Assembly: GCA_031276015.1 (NCBI GenBank)
Contig: JAISNX010000040.1
Location: 3,816-67,815 of the forward strand
Length of the DNA stretch: 64,000 nucleotides
DNA from: Azoarcus sp.
Lineage (GTDB): Bacteria > Pseudomonadota > Gammaproteobacteria > Burkholderiales > Rhodocyclaceae
Reading direction: 5' to 3'
Positions 1 to 7,932 of the stretch are shown piece by piece (positions within the stretch are counted from its first letter, which is position 1; every line of letters starts with the position of its first letter). Made by a program: the position numbers and the translations under genes. The notes beneath the pieces were generated by a model, which worked only from the letters and a program-made list of their open reading frames with translations, was not told the origin of the DNA and ran no database searches.

Positions 1-1111
1 CCGCGGGGAACGCCTATCGGAAAACATGCGGATGAACCGGATGCACGGTTCATCCCCGCTCCCGCGGGGAACGCATGTCCTCCCTCGTGATTCGCCCCTC
101 TGCGATCGGTTCATCCCCGCTCCCGCGGGGAACGCAACAAACTCCTGCCCTATAGGCCAATAGGTTGCGGTTCATCCCCGCTCCCGCGGGGAACGCCGTC
201 GTGGAGGTGGTATAGGTTGGTTATTCCCCGGTTCATCCCCGCTCCCGCGGGGAACGCATTACTTCTTGGTCATTTATACCTAGCTGTGTCGGTTCATCCC
301 CGCTCCCGCGGGGAACGCCCACCATAACGGCGTCATGGGTTTCCCACTCCCGGTTCATCCCCGCTCCCGCGGGGAACGCGATCTGAGTTTGAAAAAATGG
401 CAAATGAGTGTCGGTTCATCCCCGCTCCCGCGGGGAACGCCCGCCATGTTGCAAACCAGTCCATTTTGCGCGCGGTTCATCCCCGCTCCCGCGGGGAACG
501 CTTCTCTTAAACGTATAGCCTGTAAACTATTAACGGTTCATCCCCGCTCCCGCGGGGAACGCCAACACCGTGCAGTATAGAGAGCCGATGAAATCGGTTC
601 ATCCCCGCTCCCGCGGGGAACGCCAACACCGTGCAGTATAGAGAGCCGATGAAATCGGTTCATCCCCGCTCCCGCGGGGAACGCTCACCCGCGCAGATTT
701 TCGGCCTGCGGATTTCCGGTTCATCCCCGCTCCCGCGGGGAACGCTCCTCCACGGGCACGTGCGGGTATTTGCCGTGCGGTTCATCCCCGCTCCCGCGGG
801 GAACGCAAATCGCCACAGACCTCGTTAGCGGCCTGTTACGGTTCATCCCCGCTCCCGCGGGGAACGCTCCGCCGAGGAATCGGCGGATTTCCCACTGTTC
901 GGTTCATCCCCGCTCCCGCGGGGAACGCGAAAAACCCCAGGGCGCGCCCGAGAAGTATAACGGTTCATCCCCGCTCCCGCGGGGAACGCCCCACCAGTGC
1001 GCGCCGATCTCGATAAGACATCGGTTCATCCCCGCTCCCGCGGGGAACGCATGCACCACTTCATCAGTGATGCGGGTCGGGTCGGTTCATCCCCGCTCCC
1101 GCGGGGAACGC
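1..1111 (-). CRISPR. Type I-E CRISPR array (truncated at window start): 18 full 29-bp repeats plus a partial one, 18 spacers of 32 bp
   Basis: CGGTTCATCCCCGCTCCCGCGGGGAACGC recurs exactly every 61 bp from 46 to 1083. Its reverse complement GCGTTCCCCGCGGGAGCGGGGATGAACCG fits the I-E repeat class with a 7-bp hairpin. Leader side is next to cas2. Confidence 0.99.
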
Positions 1112-1196
1112 ACTTCCTCTATCTCAATGAAAAGCAATGAGAATTTCGAGTGCGGGAATTCTACCAATAAAACAGCATGCCGAACAGATTAAATTG
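1112..1196 (-). promoter_or_regulatory. CRISPR leader (short, AT-rich)
   Basis: AT-rich non-coding stretch between the cas2 stop and the first repeat in transcribed orientation. Confidence 0.7.
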
Positions 1197-2400
<1,204 letters not shown>

Positions 2401-2406
2401 GTTCCG

Positions 2407-3183
2407 TTACAAGGGGCGAACGAGTAAAAGACCACACCCAAATGCCTTGGCCGGGCCAATACCATCCATCAATGCCTTTTGAAAGCTTTCTGGTTCAGTG
2501 ATGGTCAAGATACCGCTGAAATCGACACGGCTAAAGCGAATATCCTCTTCATGGTTTTTTTCTTTTTCTTTTTCCGCATGAGAGTCCTGCTTTTTCTTGT
2601 TGGCCGCATAAAGTTTCAAGGGTTGGTAAGAGTCCACGGCAAAATTCTCATCATTGGAATGGACAATGAATCCTCTTTCCACCGCGCATTTTTCAAGCCA
2701 TGCACCGCAAGTCTGGCGAACCAGATCGTACAGAGGAGGACGTTCGTTTTCTGGCAAGTCACTCCATTTTTGCAAGCCCTTTTCCCTGAGCAGACGTTTT
2801 TTCTCATGCATTACAACATCGTGGCGCACGGACTTTTTATTTTCATCGTCGCCACGCTTGGCGGTAACGACGGGATTGGCGCGCAGTGTGAAACGCAGAT
2901 GATCGCCCGTCTCCAGTTTGGGCCGATATTCCCGCGTTTGTACGGCCCAAGCCGTACTCGGTGAACGCGCGGGCCGCTTGGAAACGACATAGAAGCGCAA
3001 TTGGGCGTTCCTATCTTCACGACGAAACAGAAAATCGCGCGCACTTCCTTCCGCAGCAGGGAAAAATTGCCACAACCATTGATGTTCCCTGTAAGGCGCT
3101 GTCGGCCTCAATGCGCGCCCCGGCCATTCCTGCATGGCTTGTTGTTCTCGGCCTGGTATCAGCGTAATCAAATTGAAATACAT
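2407..3183 (-). CDS. cas6e: Cas6e (Cse3/CasE) crRNA endoribonuclease
   Basis: YREHQWLWQFF, FTLRANP, C-terminal Gly loop GIGPAKAFGCGLL. Confidence 0.96.
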   Translation of the reverse strand: MYFNLITLIPGREQQAMQEWPGRALRPTAPYREHQWLWQFFPAAEGSARDFLFRREDRNAQLRFYVVSKRPARSPSTAWAVQTREYRPKLETGDHLRFTLRANPVVTAKRGDDENKKSVRHDVVMHEKKRLLREKGLQKWSDLPENERPPLYDLVRQTCGAWLEKCAVERGFIVHSNDENFAVDSYQPLKLYAANKKKQDSHAEKEKEKNHEEDIRFSRVDFSGILTITEPESFQKALMDGIGPAKAFGCGLLLVRPL

Positions 3184-3194
3184 GTTTCCTCCTT

Positions 3195-3899
3195 TTATGC
3201 CGATAATTCTGCACGATATTCAAGCCGGTCGCCAAAATGCCAGCCCCGACGACGAATCAGGCGATCCTTGCGCGGGACAGACAGCGTTTGGGGTATCCCC
3301 GCTTCGATGCCAGCCCCCCAAGTCAGGCGAATGATTTTTTCAGGCTCGGGAATTTCCCGCAAATAATCCTCGAATGCGCACAGAACGGAAACAGATGAGA
3401 TGATCCGGGGATGAAGCGGTGCACCAGGCGGGCAGGATTTACGTCCCAGATACAGGACGAAACGTGGGCAACGCAAGGCTGTGGATAGGAATTCCAATGT
3501 ATGGGGCGCATCGGGCTGCGCCTGCACCGCAATTAGCCAGGCACCATTCTGACGATAATCCCGAGTCGAAAGAATCGTGCCCAATTTTTCCCGAGGCATA
3601 TTCAATTCATCACGGCGTGAATTGTGCGGATGCCCTTTCAGGGCAGTTCGGCCCGGTACCTGAGTGGTATGGTAGTCCCGCAGCAATTGCCCCGAATCCT
3701 GGACGCCGACAGCGAAACGGTAGCCTTCTCGTAAGGCAGCAAACGCCGATTCGTTTTCCCGTCTGACCCCCAGCGCCGCGCCAAGCAAACCAATCAGGGC
3801 AGATTCACCAGGCGTGTCTGCACTGCCCCGGTATTCGCCTATGGCAGGATCCCCCCAGGCAGCCATCGGCCCCTGAAGTTGAAAGACTAAATAATCCAT
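3195..3899 (-). CDS. cas5e: Cas5e (CasD)
   Basis: LVFQLQGPMAAWG, GLLGAALG, LRDYHT, LYLGRKSCP. Confidence 0.96.
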   Translation of the reverse strand: MDYLVFQLQGPMAAWGDPAIGEYRGSADTPGESALIGLLGAALGVRRENESAFAALREGYRFAVGVQDSGQLLRDYHTTQVPGRTALKGHPHNSRRDELNMPREKLGTILSTRDYRQNGAWLIAVQAQPDAPHTLEFLSTALRCPRFVLYLGRKSCPPGAPLHPRIISSVSVLCAFEDYLREIPEPEKIIRLTWGAGIEAGIPQTLSVPRKDRLIRRRGWHFGDRLEYRAELSA

Positions 3900-3902
3900 T
3901 GC

Positions 3903-4970
3903 TTACTCCCGCACAAAGGCGATCAATTCCTGCAAGCTACCCTCGCCATTTTCGACGTTGATGGCATAGCGTTTTTCAGCGCAGGCACCATAGACTTTGT
4001 CAAAATTTTCCTGACGCCTTGTCAATTCCTTTACCGCCTGGCTAAGCATATCACTCGTTTCCCCACGAGGTTCTATGGGGTTCAAAAACGCCTGGGCCAG
4101 GGAGCGGGGTTGCTGATCGCCCTTTTCAGCCAGGACATAGCTGGCATAGGCACGGGAAGCAAAACTGTTTTGCATGCCGGTGGGCGAAACCTTTGTGATT
4201 GCATGGATGAAAGCTTCTAGCGCCTTGTGGGTCAATTCAGTATCATCTCCAAGATTTTCAAGCAGCAAATCCCGGTCGATGCAGATATAGAGGTAAAAAA
4301 GACCCGCCCCGTATCCCCGCTCGCCGATGTGCCCGGCACCCACGTCTTTCAATCCTTTGTTCAGGTCATCCACGGCGCTGAAGTAATCGTCTTCCACTGC
4401 CGCTTTATGTACGGTAATCGCATGGCTCACCTGTACGGCAGCTTCCATGTTGAATGCCGGACTATCCGCCAGCATGCGGCCAAACATGGCAATATCCACG
4501 GCTTTGCGAGGTTTGCGCAGCAGGTTCAGTTCTTCCTGGGTCGGCGCGGTTTTTCGTTTTGCGCAATCTTCCGCCAGTTTTCTAACGGCGTCCTCTTCTT
4601 CCGGACTGAAATGCGCCAGCTGTTCTATTTCCAGATCTTCATAATCTTCGGTTTTTTTGTCCGATTTGATCTTGCCGAATTCTCCGGCAATGGTTCTTGA
4701 CCATTCCCTTGCTTGTTTCTCGGAAATGCCGGATTGGATCAATATGTCAAACACCTCCTTCCCCATGCGTTTTGTGCGTTTTCCAATATGTCCAGCCAAG
4801 GTAGACTCAAAAATTTCAGATGTCCGCCATGCCCGTTTCTGGCTCTGGCTCGAAATGCGCAAGCGGGTTGCATTACCCATCAGGGCCGTCTTGGGCCGTC
4901 CTGTATCGTCCCGATTCAGGTTGGCGGGCGGGTAGTTAGTCAAAATATGCAATTGGATGAAGCGGGTCAT
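3903..4970 (-). CDS. cas7e: Cas7e (Cse4/CasC)
   Basis: FIQLHILTNYPPANLNRDDTGRPK, RISSQSQKRAWR, DIAMFGRM, DYFSAVDD. Confidence 0.97.
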   Translation of the reverse strand: MTRFIQLHILTNYPPANLNRDDTGRPKTALMGNATRLRISSQSQKRAWRTSEIFESTLAGHIGKRTKRMGKEVFDILIQSGISEKQAREWSRTIAGEFGKIKSDKKTEDYEDLEIEQLAHFSPEEEDAVRKLAEDCAKRKTAPTQEELNLLRKPRKAVDIAMFGRMLADSPAFNMEAAVQVSHAITVHKAAVEDDYFSAVDDLNKGLKDVGAGHIGERGYGAGLFYLYICIDRDLLLENLGDDTELTHKALEAFIHAITKVSPTGMQNSFASRAYASYVLAEKGDQQPRSLAQAFLNPIEPRGETSDMLSQAVKELTRRQENFDKVYGACAEKRYAINVENGEGSLQELIAFVRE

Positions 4971-5018
4971 GGCAAAAACTCCTGTTGAATGAAAGTCAAG
5001 GTGCGGTGGAAGGGGGAC

Positions 5019-5546
5019 TCAGGCATCGGATGATTTCTTGGGCCAGTCATAGGCGTAGGCCCAATCTTTTTTGACCTTGTCTCCCCAGAAGATCAGACTG
5101 TTCGTCAGATCGAATATGTTGGCTTTATGCGCAATCAAAGGCAAAACCCGCCGCAAGCCGGTAAAAAGCGTTTCCAGGTCAGGCGATTCCAGCAGACGCA
5201 AAAAGCGCAGCTCGCTCACGTTGGGTCGATCGCTACCTTCAGCGCATGCGCTCATGGTTTTGGCAAGCGGTTGATCGTCCTCGTCCCTGACATGCGCCAA
5301 TAGCCCTACTGCGGCTGCCAGTCGGTCTTTCTGTACGAGTGTTGCCGACCATTCGGCTTGCTGCAACTTATGAAACAAGCGTTGGTAAGCCGGAGTCAGC
5401 ACAATTTGCGTAATGGTGGCACACCGACGCAAAGCTGCGCGGCCAGCACGATCGCCTTTTCTTTTTTGAGCAGGATTTTTCTCTTGCAAATCCTCCCACC
5501 ACTCATGTAATACCTTGCCATGGGCGTTTTTCCTGTCGAATCTCAT
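5019..5546 (-). CDS. cse2: Cas11e (Cse2/CasB)
   Basis: RAALRRC, SELRFLRLL, C-terminal WAYAY; position between cas8e and cas7e. Confidence 0.92.
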   Translation of the reverse strand: MRFDRKNAHGKVLHEWWEDLQEKNPAQKRKGDRAGRAALRRCATITQIVLTPAYQRLFHKLQQAEWSATLVQKDRLAAAVGLLAHVRDEDDQPLAKTMSACAEGSDRPNVSELRFLRLLESPDLETLFTGLRRVLPLIAHKANIFDLTNSLIFWGDKVKKDWAYAYDWPKKSSDA

Positions 5547-5555
5547 GGGTTACTC

Positions 5556-7205
5556 CTATTCCAGTTCCAGGTTTCCCTGCGTTGTTACCGAAGCTCTTGC
5601 CTTGCGTTTGCTGGCAGATTTTTTATTATTTTCAGGCAATTCCAATCCAAGAGCACGATGAATCTTTTCTCCGTGAAGATTGTTTTTCAACTGTCTATAA
5701 GCCTGTGCTACCCTGCGCGGGTTTTGGCGCTCTATCTGTCCGCTTCCCACAAAATGACGGTCAAAAAGATCAATACATGCGGAGGATAGTTTTTCCCGCC
5801 ATTTCGCACGTATCTCTACTGCCATTACATCAATTTCTTCATTTGTGCGGAGTTTTCCAATCAAATCTTTTAACTGTGTGTAAAAGCTTGCTTCAGTATG
5901 ACTCCAGAAGCTGGCATCCACCATGCTGAAATCGCCGCGCGCCTCATTGAACCATGCCCCCTTCACCGCGCTACGCAAGAAAAACACTGCCAGATCGGCA
6001 CCTGCTAGCCAGTATCCGATTTGCTCCTGCAAACGCGCACATGCATCTTTATTGCAATTCGATAATTCATAAAGTGGCAAAGTTGCCTCATACCAGCAAC
6101 GAGCCTTCATGTTATCCATATCAAAACCATAAGCCCATAACCGCAATGGCACACCCTGGCGAACGGCATTTGAAAAAGCGACAGTATGAGCCGGACGTAT
6201 TTCTCTACTTTTTGTGCTCATACCCAATACCCATGGAAGCCAATAGCGATAACCGATTCCGCCGGGTTGTGGATGTACTGGCAGCCATTCGCCTTTATTC
6301 TCATAGCATGGTGAAAGAGGATGTTGCCACGCTCCTTTGTAATTCAGCCCATGAGGGCGAGCAAAAAAATGGCGAATCAAGCCAGATGATGAACGCCCGC
6401 ATAAATCGCAATCGCCCGATTCGAGATTTTCCATCTCCAGCCGAATGCGGCGAGGCATCGCCCAAAAGACATGAAAAGGATGTACTTGGACAGGGGTCGT
6501 CTGACCATTTTGAGATTGGATGCGATCAATTCCCGCAAGCCAGGGGAAAATGAAATGGGCGTCTCTTTTATTGGGATTGGCCCCTGTCTCCTCAAGGAAT
6601 TTGTCACGCTCACGGACGTTGAGCCACAAATCGTGCCATAAGCAGGGTGAATCCTGCCCCATCACCAATAACGTCGTTAGCGGCCCGCCGCCTCGCAACC
6701 CTGTTCGATGCCCCGCACCGCCGGAAGGCGCGTTAACTTGCAAGCAGAAAAGCGCCAGCGCCGCGCAATGTGGGCACAGACCTTGAACGTGGTTCCGCTT
6801 GACGAACAAATCCCCGTTGTTTTTCAAGGTGCTTTCGCCCGGCGTCTCGATCAATAACGCGGCGATGTCATTTCCATCGCCCGTGTCGGCCCGCAGGTTG
6901 TAGTCCTGCATGAAGCGCGCACCTTCGCCATCGAAGCGAAAGTATTCCCGGACAGGCTGGAACCACTGTGCCAAAGTTGCAGCGTCCGGCGGGGCGTCCA
7001 GCCATTTTCTCCAGGCGATCGGGGAGTTCACGGGCGTCGTCGTCTGGAGCAGGCCAATGGAAAACTGTGCCAGCGCACCATTGAAATCCCCCCTGTCGGC
7101 ATCGAAAGCCAGTACGTCCGGGTCGGAGAGTTGCGTCGGAGAAATCCAGATTCGCCCGTGATGGCGGTGGCGAACGGGCATCCAGAGCTGGTCGATCAAG
7201 GACAT
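5556..7205 (-). CDS. cas8e: Cas8e (Cse1/CasA)
   Basis: N-terminal SLIDQLWMPVR, CPHC, APSGGAGHRTGLRGGGPLTTL, FWAMPRRIRL, CDLCG. Confidence 0.96.
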   Translation of the reverse strand: MSLIDQLWMPVRHRHHGRIWISPTQLSDPDVLAFDADRGDFNGALAQFSIGLLQTTTPVNSPIAWRKWLDAPPDAATLAQWFQPVREYFRFDGEGARFMQDYNLRADTGDGNDIAALLIETPGESTLKNNGDLFVKRNHVQGLCPHCAALALFCLQVNAPSGGAGHRTGLRGGGPLTTLLVMGQDSPCLWHDLWLNVRERDKFLEETGANPNKRDAHFIFPWLAGIDRIQSQNGQTTPVQVHPFHVFWAMPRRIRLEMENLESGDCDLCGRSSSGLIRHFFARPHGLNYKGAWQHPLSPCYENKGEWLPVHPQPGGIGYRYWLPWVLGMSTKSREIRPAHTVAFSNAVRQGVPLRLWAYGFDMDNMKARCWYEATLPLYELSNCNKDACARLQEQIGYWLAGADLAVFFLRSAVKGAWFNEARGDFSMVDASFWSHTEASFYTQLKDLIGKLRTNEEIDVMAVEIRAKWREKLSSACIDLFDRHFVGSGQIERQNPRRVAQAYRQLKNNLHGEKIHRALGLELPENNKKSASKRKARASVTTQGNLELE

Positions 7206-7295
7206 TTTTATCAGTGCGCATAAATGATGACATTCATTGTAACCCTAAAATTTTCGTAAGTTCACACGGCATGTGAGTGATGCGCCGATTTTCTC

Positions 7296-7363
7296 GTAAG
7301 TCTATAAGTTGGGGAAAAGGTGTCGAATTGTAAGCCTATAAGTTGGGAAGGAGGTGTCGACTT
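7296..7363. repeat. Tandem 34-bp direct repeat; each copy holds a minus-strand sigma70-like promoter and an AAG-PAM-flanked partial target of the mini-array spacer
   Basis: GTAAGTCTATAAGTTGGGGAAAAGGTGTCGAATT / GTAAGCCTATAAGTTGGGAAGGAGGTGTCGACTT. The minus strand reads TCGACA-N16-TAGACT and TCGACA-N16-TAGGCT pointing at cas8e. Confidence 0.8.
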
Positions 7364-7385
7364 CTGCCAATCCATCGTGTACAGT
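7357..7385 (+). promoter_or_regulatory. Putative sigma70 promoter divergent from cas8e, upstream of the small ORF
   Basis: TCGACT(7357-7362)-N17-TACAGT(7380-7385); shares the GTCGAC palindrome with the minus-strand -35. Confidence 0.45.
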
Positions 7386-7420
7386 CTGCGCATGCATTCA
7401 TAACCACAATGGAGGTTGCA

Positions 7421-7666
7421 ATGAAAAAACGATCTTCCCCAAACTATTTACACCGTATCAGCATTCGTACAGTGAATTTTTATCTTGGGGGCAGTAACAA
7501 ACTGCCAGAAACCAGTTGCCCGCAAGATCGTTATGTTCTTAAAATGCATCCGTGTGAACAACAGCCTCTTCGACCTTCCTACAGAATGTTAGTGTGCGCA
7601 CGCTGGTTTCAAATACTGAAACTGAAATGCATACTCAAACTAAGAGCAATAGTTGGACGGAAATAA
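7421..7666 (+). CDS. Small basic hypothetical protein (81 aa) inside the cas locus; candidate CRISPR-repressed toxin/effector
   Basis: SD GGAGG at 7411-7415, ATG 7421, MKKRSSPNYL...KLRAIVGRK*; AT-rich codons; no family recognised. Confidence 0.4.
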   Translation: MKKRSSPNYLHRISIRTVNFYLGGSNKLPETSCPQDRYVLKMHPCEQQPLRPSYRMLVCARWFQILKLKCILKLRAIVGRK

Positions 7667-7831
7667 GTCGTCCAGTGCTTGCTGTTCGCATAAAATGGGA
7701 CGGCGTGAGTAGCAAACCATGGGGAAAAGAGGCCGCACTGCATCCGTCATAACAGAGCAATTTGATGCATATCAGATTAAATCAATCCCGTAAGGACAGC
7801 GAAATCAGGGGAAAAGGCTCTGATTGTTTCT

Positions 7832-7921
7832 GTGTTCTCCATCGTTATGGAGATGAACCGCCTACCAGCTGGGAAAGCGGTGTAAACACATCACGTTCCC
7901 CGAACCATCCGGGGTATCAGG
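7832..7921 (+). CRISPR. Degenerate single-spacer CRISPR mini-array (crRNA-like regulatory RNA, CreR/CreA-like), antisense to cas genes
   Basis: Repeat 1 GTGTTCTCCATCGTTATGGAGATGAACCG (7832-7860; 29 bp; 19/29 identical to the main repeat; 7-bp stem kept). 32-bp spacer 7861-7892. Repeat 2 ACGTTCCCCGAACCATCCGGGGTATCAGG (7893-7921). Confidence 0.85.
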
Positions 7922-7932
7922 CGGCAGGCGAT

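Noticed and set aside
868-899. Spacer with internal hairpin TCCGCCGA-GGAA-TCGGCGGA
   Set aside because: Most simply a captured terminator-like sequence; no further support
14-1082. Self-targeting by main-array spacers
   Set aside because: No match to the window noticed by eye; an alignment would be needed to exclude it
335-1192. ORFs of 65-140 aa across the CRISPR array
   Set aside because: Translations of repeat-spacer units (VHPRSRGER, RFIPAPAGNA), not genes
7252-7290. Possible third guide target after TTTCGTAAG
   Set aside because: AAG is present but the following bases do not match the mini-array spacer
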